Shown here piece by piece: positions 36,014-46,514 of a stretch of 64,000 nt of DNA. The translations under genes were made by a program, and so were the position numbers. The DNA lies in IMG/VR virus record IMGVR_UViG_3300024346_000005. One strand, given 5' to 3'. Position 1 is the first letter of the stretch; every line of letters begins with the position of its first letter. Source of the DNA: a virus. Its lineage: Duplodnaviria > Caudoviricetes. The notes below the pieces were generated by a model. The model searched no databases and was not told the origin of the DNA. It saw only the letters and a program-made list of their open reading frames with translations.

Positions 36014-37480
36014 GTGCCTAAATTAAAATCCCACCAGACGGTTGAAAGTATTGCGAAAAAGCATCGTCAGGATATTTCTTTTGTAAGAAATCAACTTAAG
36101 ATGGGTATTGCTATTGAAAAGGAGCATACTAAAGATAAGGATCTTGCTGCTGATATTGCTCTTCAACATCTTGACGAGTTTCCAGATTATTACACTAAGT
36201 TGAAAAAGATGGAGTCTGATGCTAGAAAAGAGCATAAAAACTTTAAGGATGTGAAAGAGAGTCTTCGTGATTGGTTTGGTAAATCTGAATCAATCGGTAA
36301 AAAAAGAAAACCTGGTTGGGTTGAAGTAGTCTCCGGAGAACCTTGTGCCCGTGAAGAAGGCGAAGAGGATGAAACACCCAAGTGTGTTTCTTCAGATAAA
36401 AGAGCAAGTATGACTAAATCTGAAAGAATATCTGCTCAAAGAAGAAAAAGTGCCGCAGACCCAAATCAACCAGAAAAATCGGGTGCTGCTAAACCAACTT
36501 ATGTTTCTACCGATAAACCAAAAAAGAAAATGAACGAAGAATCAGATGTTAAAGGTAAAGGAAGCGGCACAAAAGATGCTTGTTATACTAAAGTAAAGTC
36601 AAGATATTCTGTCTGGCCTTCAGCATATGCTTCCGGAGCACTTGTAAAATGCCGCAAGGTTGGTGCTGCTAATTGGGGAAATAAATCAGAATCAATAAAT
36701 TTATCATCAAAAGATTCTATTTCAGAAGAAATGGGTATGAGATATTGCCCCAAATGTGAAAAAGATGAGACTAGAGATGTATGCAAATATGGTCCCAAGT
36801 ACTGGGATATGTTTTCACTACCTTCCAGATTATCCCCAAATCAGATGAAGTTTAGTATTGCTCAGGTTCATCCTACTAATGAGTCTAAGGAACCAGACCA
36901 CGAATATTCTATGGCAAGGTCTGAACTCTCTACAATTATTTCTGCTGCAAAAAGACTCCGTGGCAAATTGAATGGTGAGGGTAATATTGAGGCATGGGTT
37001 CAATCAAAAATTACAAAGGCAGCAGATTATATTGATGCTGCTGCTGACTACCTAGATAGTGGAGAACACGATGTTAAAGAGGCGTGTTGGAAAGGTTATA
37101 AGAAAAAGGGTATGAAGACGATGTTTGGTAAAAAATATCCAAACTGCGTTAAGGTTAAGGAATCTATTGATGTATATTCCAATTGGAGGGAAGATTTTGG
37201 TCTGAATGAAGCATCCGCTGCCTGGCAAAGAAAAGCAGGTAAAAATCCTGAGGGTGGTTTAAACGCAGCAGGAGTTGCATCTTATAGAAAAGAAAATCCA
37301 GGTTCAAAATTGCAAACTGCCGTTACTACTAAACCATCAAAATTAAAACCCGGTTCTAAGGATGCAAAACGCAGAAAATCATTCTGTGCTCGTATGAGTG
37401 GAATGCCTGGACCTGCGAAAGATGAAAAAGGTCGTCCAACAAGAAAGACATTATCCTTAAGAAAGTGGAACTGTAACTAA
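36014..37480 (+). CDS. Modular basic protein (DUF5661-like N-terminus, DUF6321-like C-terminus); putative internal-head polyprotein
   Basis: MGIAIEKEHT...IALQHLDE..DYYTKL; AWQRKAGKNPEGGLN...SFCARM; modules separated by xxE-S/A sites. Confidence 0.6.
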   Translation: MPKLKSHQTVESIAKKHRQDISFVRNQLKMGIAIEKEHTKDKDLAADIALQHLDEFPDYYTKLKKMESDARKEHKNFKDVKESLRDWFGKSESIGKKRKPGWVEVVSGEPCAREEGEEDETPKCVSSDKRASMTKSERISAQRRKSAADPNQPEKSGAAKPTYVSTDKPKKKMNEESDVKGKGSGTKDACYTKVKSRYSVWPSAYASGALVKCRKVGAANWGNKSESINLSSKDSISEEMGMRYCPKCEKDETRDVCKYGPKYWDMFSLPSRLSPNQMKFSIAQVHPTNESKEPDHEYSMARSELSTIISAAKRLRGKLNGEGNIEAWVQSKITKAADYIDAAADYLDSGEHDVKEACWKGYKKKGMKTMFGKKYPNCVKVKESIDVYSNWREDFGLNEASAAWQRKAGKNPEGGLNAAGVASYRKENPGSKLQTAVTTKPSKLKPGSKDAKRRKSFCARMSGMPGPAKDEKGRPTRKTLSLRKWNCN

Positions 37481-37481
37481 A

Positions 37482-37796
37482 ATGAAATCCTTCAATCAGT
37501 TTATTTCAGAAAGTGTTAATATTGCCGGAAATTTCAACGGCAATCTTTATATGAATGGTTCAGAATCTCAATCAGAACCCGTTGGAGAGTCTTTTACCGC
37601 AGATATAGTTTGGGAAGGTAAAATGTATAGATTAGAAGTTGAAGGCAAGATGTTAAACAAAAATGAACTTGCAGAGCAACTTCAGGGAGAATATCCCGGA
37701 GCAATTGTACATAACATTTACCCTCAAACAACAAATTCTTTAAAAATTAAGAACTCACAAAGATATCAACCCGAAAGACTAACTTCGACTGATTAA
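37482..37796 (+). CDS. Hypothetical protein with capsid-targeting-like N-terminus (104 aa)
   Basis: Starts MKSFNQFISE-S, compare T4 IPII/IPIII MKTYQEFIAE. Confidence 0.65.
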   Translation: MKSFNQFISESVNIAGNFNGNLYMNGSESQSEPVGESFTADIVWEGKMYRLEVEGKMLNKNELAEQLQGEYPGAIVHNIYPQTTNSLKIKNSQRYQPERLTSTD

Positions 37797-37798
37797 TT

Positions 37799-39073
37799 AT
37801 GGCACAATGGAATAAGAAAACACAAGATTTTTTAGATCAAGAAAGAAGTCTCTTTGAGGTTTATAATATCGCAGATCATTGGGGAAACCAGACTGACTGG
37901 AGACCCCAATTTACTAACAACAACAGATTTAAAATATCTCCGTTCCAAACAGTATTCTTCAACACCTTCCAGTATGGAAAGGAAACTGATGTATGGGATG
38001 AAAGAGTAGTTGGAGTTGGAACTGCAACATTTAATGCAAATGCCAGTAATGTTGTAATGCAAGTTGAATCTACTGCTGGTAGTAAAATCGTTCGCCAAAC
38101 CAAGAATGTGATGAGATACATTCCTGGTAGGGGTGCAACTCTTGCATTTGCAATTCGTCTTGAACAACCACAAGTTGGTATTCGCAGAAGATTTGGATTG
38201 TTTGATGAAAATAATGGTGTTTATTTTGAGGATAATGGGGGAACATATTCTTATGTGCTCCGTAGTAGTGTAACTGGAATTGTTACAGAAACCAGAGTAT
38301 ACAGAGATGAATGGAATGGTGAGAAGTTTTATGGTAATGGGTGGACTGGAGTAACCGCAGATCCAACAAAACAACAAATGATTTCCATCAATTATGAATG
38401 GTATGGTGCAGGTATAATTCAATTTACTTGGTTGATGAAGAATGAGACTGTTGCATCTCATACTTTTGAGAACTCAAATACTAATCCGGGAGTTTGGTGT
38501 TCTACTCCATTCTTACCTATTAGACTTGAGATAGAAAATATAACAGGTGTTGCAGGAACTCATTACATGTATCAGGGTTCTAATTCTCTGATTCAGGAAG
38601 GAGAATCAGAAAAACTTGGAACTCTTTTGAGCATCTCAAATCCCATCACAGGGACAACGATGTCATCTGCAAATACATTTTATCCAATTATAAGCATTCG
38701 TTTGAAATCTAATAATCTAACTGGTGTAATTCTCTTGAGATCATTACAGGCAGCAACTGATGATAATACGAATGTTTATTGGCAACTTTTACAAAATGCA
38801 ACACTGACTGGAGGAACTTGGGTAAATCATCCCGATCCAAACTCTTTTATGCAGTATAATATCACTCAAACTGCAGTATCTGGTGGAAGTGATCTTTTGA
38901 GTGGTTTTGTAATTAATGGTAGTGGTGCGTTAGTTGATCTTGATGTTAGAGCAGCACTTCAGTTAGGTAGAAGTGGTATTGGAACAATTAGTGATACTTA
39001 CACTCTTGCTTGTGCATCTCCAAACACTAACAAAAAAGCACTTGCGGTATTGAATTGGATTGAACAAAGGTAA
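37799..39073 (+). CDS. Conserved beta-rich hypothetical/structural protein (424 aa)
   Basis: Long ORF in the late operon; YEWYGAG motif; no function recognised. Confidence 0.7.
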   Translation: MAQWNKKTQDFLDQERSLFEVYNIADHWGNQTDWRPQFTNNNRFKISPFQTVFFNTFQYGKETDVWDERVVGVGTATFNANASNVVMQVESTAGSKIVRQTKNVMRYIPGRGATLAFAIRLEQPQVGIRRRFGLFDENNGVYFEDNGGTYSYVLRSSVTGIVTETRVYRDEWNGEKFYGNGWTGVTADPTKQQMISINYEWYGAGIIQFTWLMKNETVASHTFENSNTNPGVWCSTPFLPIRLEIENITGVAGTHYMYQGSNSLIQEGESEKLGTLLSISNPITGTTMSSANTFYPIISIRLKSNNLTGVILLRSLQAATDDNTNVYWQLLQNATLTGGTWVNHPDPNSFMQYNITQTAVSGGSDLLSGFVINGSGALVDLDVRAALQLGRSGIGTISDTYTLACASPNTNKKALAVLNWIEQR

Positions 39074-39078
39074 TTTTT

Positions 39079-41784
39079 ATGGATATTCAAGACATTCAAC
39101 TAAAGATAGGTGATGCATATCTCTCTAATCCAAATCTAAAGAGAGCAAATACTCCAATACAATTTACCGAAGAACAAATTATTGAGTTCTTAACTTGTAA
39201 GGAAGACCCCGTTTATTTTGCCAAGAAATATATCAAGATTGTTAATGTTGATGATGGTCTTGTTAAGTTTAATATGTGGCCCTTTCAAGAGAGATTGGTC
39301 AGCAACTTTCATAAGAACAGATTTAACATAGCAAAGATGCCACGCCAGGTTGGTAAGGCATTAGCATTAGATACTCCAATACCAACACCTGAAGGATGGA
39401 CGACGATTGGGGATATTGAAGTTGGGGATCAAATACTTTCTCCCGATGGAAATTCAGTTTCTGTAACATTTAAAACAGAAACTATGATTAATCACCAGTG
39501 CTACAAAATATTTTTTGATAATGGAGAAGAAATTGTCGCTGATGCAGATCATTTGTGGGAAGTAAATAGTTCTTATTGGAGAACTGGAAAAAAAGTTATC
39601 AATACTGATGAAATATATTCAAGATACTTAAAGAAAACTAACAATAAAAGAGGTAAAGGTGTAGAAGGGTCACTTTATATTGACTTATCTAAAGCAATTA
39701 ATGGGAAAAATCAAAATTTGCCTATAGATCCATATCTTCTTGGTGTTTGGTTGGGTGATGGATATTCTGCAGACGGGAGAATAATAGCACATAAAGATGA
39801 TTATGAATTTTATAAAACAAAACTAGATATTGAACACGAAAGAGAAGATAATAATTGTATTCGTTTTAAGTGTAGGGATTTAAGAAAAAAATTAAAAGAA
39901 AATAATTTATTAAAGAATAAACACATTCCACAAATATATCTTCGCACATCCATAGAACAAAGAATGGAATTATTGCGAGGATTGATGGATACTGACGGTT
40001 CAATTACAAAAAATCAATCATTTGAATTTTACCAAAAGAATTATGAATTTATTCTTCAAGTTGTTGAACTTCTATCTTCTTTAGGTATAAAATCCAGAGT
40101 AAGTAGAAGGTTAATAAATCAGTGTTGGTATCATACTGTTCGTTTTCCCAGTAAGGAAAATATTTTCAATCTTCCAAGAAAGTCCGAATTAATAAATTTT
40201 GGTGGAAAGGGAAGACCTCAAAATAAAAGACATTATATACAAAAAATAGAAAAGGTCGATAGTGTCCCAGTTGCGTGTATTCAAGTAGATAGTGATGACC
40301 ATCTGTTTTTATGTGGAAGAACATTTATTCCCACACATAATACAACAACGGTAGTATCATACTTATTACATTATATTGTTTTTAATGACAACGTAAATGT
40401 GGGTATTCTGGCAAACAAAGCATCAACATCAAGAGAAATCTTAAGTAGACTTCAATTATCTTATGAGAATCTTCCAAAATGGATGCAACAGGGTATTGTT
40501 TCCTGGAATAAAGGTTCATTAGAATTGGAAAATGGGTCAAAAATTATTGCGGCATCAACGTCTGCTTCTGCCGTTCGAGGAATGTCATTCAACATTATTT
40601 TCTTGGACGAATTTGCGTTTGTTCCAAATCATATTGCCGACGATTTCTTCGCATCAGTATATCCCACAATTTCATCTGGTAAGTCCACCAAGGTTATTGT
40701 AGTATCCACACCCAAAGGTATGAATCATTTCTACCGTATGTGGCACGATGCAGAGCGTGGTAAGAACTCATTTGTTGCCACAGAGGTCCACTGGTCTGAA
40801 GTGCCCGGTAGAGATGAGGAATGGAAGGCACAGACGATTGCCAATACTAGTGAAGAGCAGTTTAGGGCAGAGCACCTTTGTGAGTTTCTGGGGTCGGTAG
40901 GAACACTCATCAATCCAAGCAAACTGAAAATATTAGTCTATGATGACCCAATAAAAAGAAGTAAAGGTCTTGATGTTTATGAAAATCCAATAGAAGACCA
41001 CAGTTATTTAATTACGGTTGATGTTGCTCGTGGAATGGGTAATGATTATTCGGCATTTGTTGTTTTTGATATTACGGAGTTTCCTTACAGAGTTGTGGCA
41101 AAATATAAAAATAATGAGATTAGACCGATGCTATTTCCAAGTATTATTAATGAGGTGGCAAGAGGATATGATAATGCCTGGTTACTTATAGAAGTAAATG
41201 ATATTGGAGATCAGGTTGCTAATATTCTTCACTACGATTTAGAATATGATAATATCCTAATGTGCTCTATGAGAGGTAGGGCAGGGCAATTAGTTGGGTC
41301 TGGATTTAGTGGTAAAAAATCTCAACTTGGAGTTAGAACAACTGCAGCAGTTAAAAAATTAGGATGTTCAAACTTAAAATTACTTATTGAGGATGATAAA
41401 TTATTTGTGAATGACTATGATATTATTAGTGAACTTACAACATTTGCCCAAAGACATAATTCATTTGAAGCGGAAGAAGGTTGTAATGATGATTTGGTAA
41501 TGTGCCTTGTAATTTTTGCCTGGTTAGTCGCTCAGGAATATTTCAAAGAAATGACTAATAATGATATTCGTAAAAGAATATATGAAGAACAAAAGAATCA
41601 AATAGACCAAGATATGTCTCCGTTTGGATTTATTTCAGATGGATTGGAAGATATGGAGGTATTTGTAGAACAAGAAACTGGAGACAGGTGGATGTTTGCC
41701 ACTTCAGAAAACGGAATACAGACACAAGATATTTGGAATGTTGATGAGTACGGAGATGTGTCAAATGAGTGGGATTACAGATAA
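39079..41784 (+). CDS. gp17: Terminase large subunit gp17 (intein-containing; about 573 aa after splicing)
   Basis: CKEDPVYFA, Walker A PRQVGK/TTT split by the intein, Walker B IIFLDEFAF, nuclease TVDVARG. Confidence 0.95.
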   Translation: MDIQDIQLKIGDAYLSNPNLKRANTPIQFTEEQIIEFLTCKEDPVYFAKKYIKIVNVDDGLVKFNMWPFQERLVSNFHKNRFNIAKMPRQVGKALALDTPIPTPEGWTTIGDIEVGDQILSPDGNSVSVTFKTETMINHQCYKIFFDNGEEIVADADHLWEVNSSYWRTGKKVINTDEIYSRYLKKTNNKRGKGVEGSLYIDLSKAINGKNQNLPIDPYLLGVWLGDGYSADGRIIAHKDDYEFYKTKLDIEHEREDNNCIRFKCRDLRKKLKENNLLKNKHIPQIYLRTSIEQRMELLRGLMDTDGSITKNQSFEFYQKNYEFILQVVELLSSLGIKSRVSRRLINQCWYHTVRFPSKENIFNLPRKSELINFGGKGRPQNKRHYIQKIEKVDSVPVACIQVDSDDHLFLCGRTFIPTHNTTTVVSYLLHYIVFNDNVNVGILANKASTSREILSRLQLSYENLPKWMQQGIVSWNKGSLELENGSKIIAASTSASAVRGMSFNIIFLDEFAFVPNHIADDFFASVYPTISSGKSTKVIVVSTPKGMNHFYRMWHDAERGKNSFVATEVHWSEVPGRDEEWKAQTIANTSEEQFRAEHLCEFLGSVGTLINPSKLKILVYDDPIKRSKGLDVYENPIEDHSYLITVDVARGMGNDYSAFVVFDITEFPYRVVAKYKNNEIRPMLFPSIINEVARGYDNAWLLIEVNDIGDQVANILHYDLEYDNILMCSMRGRAGQLVGSGFSGKKSQLGVRTTAAVKKLGCSNLKLLIEDDKLFVNDYDIISELTTFAQRHNSFEAEEGCNDDLVMCLVIFAWLVAQEYFKEMTNNDIRKRIYEEQKNQIDQDMSPFGFISDGLEDMEVFVEQETGDRWMFATSENGIQTQDIWNVDEYGDVSNEWDYR
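39358..40341 (+). mobile_element. Class 3 intein with LAGLIDADG homing endonuclease (328 aa)
   Basis: Starts Ala (ALALDTPIPTP); block B DADHLW, block F VPVACIQV, ends PTHN before Thr; LGVWLGDG and LRGLMDTDG. Confidence 0.9.
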
Positions 41785-41849
41785 GTATATTGAAGACAAG
41801 GAAATTATAAATACTTTTAGAATAATTCGGGATAATACGGAGAATAAAG

Positions 41850-44012
41850 ATGCCGCTAAATTTAGCATCTCCTGGAATCGTAGTAAGGGAAGTTGATCTA
41901 ACCTCTGGTAGAGTCCAACCAGCTTCCAATAAGATTGGGGCAATTGTTGCACCTTTCGCAAAGGGACCTGTAGATTCGCCAACCTTAGTAGAGAATGAAA
42001 ATGATCTGCTGAATAATTTTGGCGAACCATACTCCACAGATAAGCACTATGAAAGTTGGATGGTTGCTTCATCCTACCTTTCGTATGGTGGTTCATTACA
42101 GGTAGTCAGAGCAGACGACGCCGATCTAAAAAATGCCCGTGTTGCATCTGTAGGAGTTGCAACCGTTAAAATTAAGAGTTTAGATCATTATGAAGAATTG
42201 GGGTATGATGAAAATACCATTCCAAATGTTATTGTAGCAGCAAGAAATCCTGGTTCTTGGGCAAACGGAATCAAAGTAGCAATTATTGACTCCAAGGCAG
42301 ACCAAATTTTAAGCGGTATTGTAACTACGCTTGCCAGAGTTGGTTACGGTGTAACTCAATCCCTTACCGGAAAAGCAGATGTTGGAACGGGTACTTCCAT
42401 ATCGTTAACTGGTTCTTATCTAAAAGGAATCATTACTGAGGTTGGTGCCAGTTCAATTGCTGTTAAGATTTTAAGTAAGGTATCCTCCGGAAATACAGAA
42501 ACAATTGTTGATTATCAACAAGACGGAACTTATTGCTTTACCGAATCTGGAATTGTCGGTATCGTTACAACCGGAGACTCTCTGGTTTCATTGGGAACCA
42601 CATCTTACGCTAGTGAACTTGATTGGTTCAGTCAGCAATATATTACTCCCAACATTCAGTGGAATAATCTAGCACCAGCACCAGGAACTTCGGCATTTGC
42701 AGAACCAAGAGGATCAAGATTTGATGAAGTTCACGTAGTAGTTATTGATGATTTGGGAACAGTTACTGGTAATGCCGGAACAATTCTTGAAAAGCATATA
42801 GGTCTTTCTAAGGCAACTGATGCGGAGTTTTCTGCCGGAAGTACTTCTTATTGGAGAAAATATATTGCCGCAGGTTCTGCAAATATCTTTGCTGGTGGTG
42901 CTCCTGCTGGTCTTACCACAACAGGATATGATCCGAATCAATTTGACTTAACGACCGATAATGGATGGGACCAACCCGCAGAAGGTATCATTTTTGGTGC
43001 CGCAGGTGCAAATACTTACACGTTAGCAGGTGGTCTTAACTATAATGGACAAACAGGAATTGGAACTACCGGTGCTCTTACCGCAACTCTAGCAGAACTA
43101 AAAGACGGATATGATTTATTTGAGAACACAGAAGATATCAAAGTAGATTTCTTATTGATGGGATCTGCTGGTTATGCGAAAGAAACTGCACAAGAACTAG
43201 CAAACAAACTTATTTCGGTTGCCGAACTCAGAAAAGATGCAATTGCCTTCATTTCACCTTACAGAAGTTCTGCCCTTACTGATACGTCAGTACAAACTGA
43301 AGTTACGGTTAGAAACTCTACTGATATTACAAATAATGTAATTAGTTTCTTCTCTTCCGTAGCATCTTCGTCTTATGCAGTATTTGATTCTGGTTATAAG
43401 TATATGTACGATAGATTTGCAAATACTTATAGATATGCTCCTTTAAACGGTGATATTGCCGGTCTTTGTGCTCGTAGTGACATTAATTACTTCCCCTGGT
43501 ATTCTCCAGCAGGAACCTCAAGAGGTGCCATCTTAAATGCTGTTAAACTTGCTTATACTCCAAGTAAGTCTCAGAGAGATCGTCTTTATACAAACCGAAT
43601 CAATCCAATCATCTTCTCACCAGGAGCAGGTATTATTCTGTTCGGTGATAAGACTGGATTAGCAAGAACATCAGCATTTGATCGTATTAATGTTCGCAGA
43701 CTCTTCATCTACCTTGAGGATGCTATTTCTCGTGCCGCTAGGGATGTGCTATTTGAGTTTAACGATGAAATTACAAGAACTAATTTTGTAAATACTATTG
43801 AACCATTCTTGCGTGATGTTCAGGCAAAGAGAGGCATCTTTGATTATGTCGTAATTGCTGATGAAACTAATAACACGGCAGCAGTTATTGATGCTAATGA
43901 GTTTAGAGCAGACATCTACATTAAACCAGCGAGATCGATTAACTTCATCGGTCTTACCTTTATTGCCACCAAGACTGGTGTTGATTTTGAAGAAATAATC
44001 GGCAACTTTTAA
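41850..44012 (+). CDS. gp18: Tail sheath protein gp18
   Basis: SPGIVVREVDL; PWYSPAGTSRG; FDRINVRRLF; IKPARSINFI. Confidence 0.95.
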   Translation: MPLNLASPGIVVREVDLTSGRVQPASNKIGAIVAPFAKGPVDSPTLVENENDLLNNFGEPYSTDKHYESWMVASSYLSYGGSLQVVRADDADLKNARVASVGVATVKIKSLDHYEELGYDENTIPNVIVAARNPGSWANGIKVAIIDSKADQILSGIVTTLARVGYGVTQSLTGKADVGTGTSISLTGSYLKGIITEVGASSIAVKILSKVSSGNTETIVDYQQDGTYCFTESGIVGIVTTGDSLVSLGTTSYASELDWFSQQYITPNIQWNNLAPAPGTSAFAEPRGSRFDEVHVVVIDDLGTVTGNAGTILEKHIGLSKATDAEFSAGSTSYWRKYIAAGSANIFAGGAPAGLTTTGYDPNQFDLTTDNGWDQPAEGIIFGAAGANTYTLAGGLNYNGQTGIGTTGALTATLAELKDGYDLFENTEDIKVDFLLMGSAGYAKETAQELANKLISVAELRKDAIAFISPYRSSALTDTSVQTEVTVRNSTDITNNVISFFSSVASSSYAVFDSGYKYMYDRFANTYRYAPLNGDIAGLCARSDINYFPWYSPAGTSRGAILNAVKLAYTPSKSQRDRLYTNRINPIIFSPGAGIILFGDKTGLARTSAFDRINVRRLFIYLEDAISRAARDVLFEFNDEITRTNFVNTIEPFLRDVQAKRGIFDYVVIADETNNTAAVIDANEFRADIYIKPARSINFIGLTFIATKTGVDFEEIIGNF

Positions 44013-44031
44013 TTAACAGAGGTTAAAAACT

Positions 44032-44622
44032 ATGGCAACCAGAAATCAATTAAATCCACCCCCTTTAAGGAAGATTACAGACTTCAAGAGTAAGTTATCT
44101 GGTGGTGGTGCTAGAAGTAACCTCTTTGAGGTTGTTCTTTCATTCCCAGATGCTGCTCCTGCTGACACTAATGTTCTCGACAAGTCTAGATTTTTAGTCA
44201 AAACGGCGGCACTTCCAGGTTCAACGGTGACTCCACTGGAAGTTGCCTTTAGAGGAAGAACTCTAAAATTAGCAGGAGACCGCACCTTTGAAAGTTGGAC
44301 GATTACCGTCATTAACGATACTGATTTTGCCATTCGTTCGGCATTTGAAAATTGGATGAATGTAATCAACCGAGTTTCTGATAACACTGGAGTTACTGAT
44401 CCTGCACTATATCAGGCAGATGCATTTGTTTACCACTTAGATCGTGATGGTTCAACTCTAAGAGCATATCATTTCTATGATTTGTTTCCAACAAATATCA
44501 GTCCAATTCAGTTAGCATATGAAACTGATGCAATTCAGGAGTTTACTGTAGAAATGCAAGTTCTCTGGTGGGAAGCAGTCAAGGGTGATTCTCCTGCTGC
44601 TGGTGGCGAAGATATCAACTAA
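44032..44622 (+). CDS. gp19: Tail tube protein gp19
   Basis: GGARSNLFEV; FRGRTLKLAGDRTFESWTITVIND. Confidence 0.95.
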   Translation: MATRNQLNPPPLRKITDFKSKLSGGGARSNLFEVVLSFPDAAPADTNVLDKSRFLVKTAALPGSTVTPLEVAFRGRTLKLAGDRTFESWTITVINDTDFAIRSAFENWMNVINRVSDNTGVTDPALYQADAFVYHLDRDGSTLRAYHFYDLFPTNISPIQLAYETDAIQEFTVEMQVLWWEAVKGDSPAAGGEDIN

Positions 44623-44654
44623 ATAAACTATAACAGGTAAGCATACTTTATAAG

Positions 44655-46319
44655 ATGGCGAAACTTTTTGGTTTTTCAATTGAGGATAATGAAAAAAAAT
44701 CCAAATCTATAGTCTCCCCCGTTCCTCCTAATAATGAGGACGGGGTTGATCATTATATCCAATCGGGTTTTTATGGGCAAACTATTGATATTGAAGGTGT
44801 TTACAGAACTGAATATGATCTAATTAGAAGATATCGTGAGATGGCTCTTCATCCAGAATGTGATGGAGCAATTGAAGATGTTGTTAATGAAGCAATTGTA
44901 AGTGACTTATATGATTCTCCAGTTGAAATAGAACTATCAAATTTGAATGCGAGCGATAAACTAAAAAAAGTTATAAGAGAAGAATTTAAGCACATCAAAG
45001 AAATTATGGACTTCGATAAGAAGTCTCACGAAATTTTTAAAAACTGGTATGTTGACGGAAGACTATTTTATCTCAAAATTATTGATGTAAAGAAACCTGA
45101 AGATGGAATTCAGGAATTGAGATATATTGATCCTATGAAGATGAAGCACGTTCGTCAGGAAAAAAAGACAAATAATAATTCTGGACCAAATTTATCTGCA
45201 CTTACCAATTTTAATGTAAATCAGGTTACATATCCAGAAATTGAAGAATATTTTATCTATACTCCAACCACTAATTATCCCTCAGGTACTTTTAGTTCAT
45301 CAGCAAAGAATTCGGTAAAGATAGCAAAAGATTCTGTTACTTACTGCACTTCTGGATTAGTAGATAGAAATAAAGGAACAGTACTATCATATCTCCACAA
45401 ATCAATTAAGGCACTCAATCAACTTAGAATGATTGAAGATTCTCTGGTGATTTACAGATTATCCAGAGCACCAGAGCGTCGTATTTTTTATATTGATGTT
45501 GGCAATCTTCCAAAGGTAAAAGCAGAGCAATACCTCAAGGAGGTTATGAGTCGCTACCGCAATAAATTAGTTTATGATGCACAGACAGGTGAAGTTCGTG
45601 ATGATCGCAAGTATATGAGTATGCTTGAGGATTTCTGGCTTCCAAGAAGAGAAGGTGGTAGGGGAACTGAAATAACAACTCTACCTGGTGGTCAAAATCT
45701 TGGCGAACTTTCAGATATTGAATATTTCCAGAAAAAACTTTATAGGGCACTTGGAGTTCCAGAATCCAGAATTGCTGGTGGTGGTGATGGATTCAATCTG
45801 GGACGTTCATCAGAAATTCTAAGAGATGAACTTAAGTTTTCTAAGTTTGTCGGACGCCTAAGAAAGCGTTTTGCAAATATGTTTAATGATATGCTTCGCA
45901 CTCAACTACTCCTTAAGAATGTTGTAACTCCAGAAGATTGGGAGATTATGAGCGATCATATTCAGTATGATTTCTTATATGATAATCATTTTGCCGAACT
46001 TAAGGAGGCGGAATTACTTACAAATAGATTGTCACTTGTTACTTCTATGGAGGCATATATCGGAAAGTATTTTTCTACCGAATATGTTCGTAAAAAGATT
46101 CTTCGTCAAACTGATTCAGAAATTATCGAAATTGATGCTCAGATTGATGATGAAATTGCTAAAGGTATTCTCCCAGACCCGAATGCTCAGGTAGATGAAA
46201 TGGGAAATCCAATTCCAGAAGGTGGGGAAGTTCCACCGGCAGAAGGAGTTCCAGAAGAAATTCCACAAGAACCTGTTGCTCCAGAACCTCCTCCAGAACC
46301 TAAAGGTGGCAAGATATAA
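44655..46319 (+). CDS. gp20: Portal protein gp20
   Basis: YRLSRAPERRIFYIDVGNLP; EDFWLPRREGGRGTEITTLPGG. Confidence 0.97.
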   Translation: MAKLFGFSIEDNEKKSKSIVSPVPPNNEDGVDHYIQSGFYGQTIDIEGVYRTEYDLIRRYREMALHPECDGAIEDVVNEAIVSDLYDSPVEIELSNLNASDKLKKVIREEFKHIKEIMDFDKKSHEIFKNWYVDGRLFYLKIIDVKKPEDGIQELRYIDPMKMKHVRQEKKTNNNSGPNLSALTNFNVNQVTYPEIEEYFIYTPTTNYPSGTFSSSAKNSVKIAKDSVTYCTSGLVDRNKGTVLSYLHKSIKALNQLRMIEDSLVIYRLSRAPERRIFYIDVGNLPKVKAEQYLKEVMSRYRNKLVYDAQTGEVRDDRKYMSMLEDFWLPRREGGRGTEITTLPGGQNLGELSDIEYFQKKLYRALGVPESRIAGGGDGFNLGRSSEILRDELKFSKFVGRLRKRFANMFNDMLRTQLLLKNVVTPEDWEIMSDHIQYDFLYDNHFAELKEAELLTNRLSLVTSMEAYIGKYFSTEYVRKKILRQTDSEIIEIDAQIDDEIAKGILPDPNAQVDEMGNPIPEGGEVPPAEGVPEEIPQEPVAPEPPPEPKGGKI

Positions 46320-46346
46320 ATAATCTTATAATAATAAATTGTTTTT

Positions 46347-46514
46347 ATGGAAGAACTTATCGATTTGATTGCAACAGATGCTTCGGCATCCGATGTATCC
46401 GATAGAATTAAAGAAATATTATACGCAAAAGCATCGGACAGAGTTGATTCTGCCCGACCTTATATTGCGGCATCGATGTTTGGTGATGAAGACAATACGG
46501 AGGACCAAGAGTAA
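46347..46514 (+). CDS. Small acidic prohead core protein (gp67 position, 55 aa)
   Basis: Late promoter 46315; MEELIDLIATDASASDVSDRIKEILYAKA...; not in the track. Confidence 0.6.
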   Translation: MEELIDLIATDASASDVSDRIKEILYAKASDRVDSARPYIAASMFGDEDNTEDQE

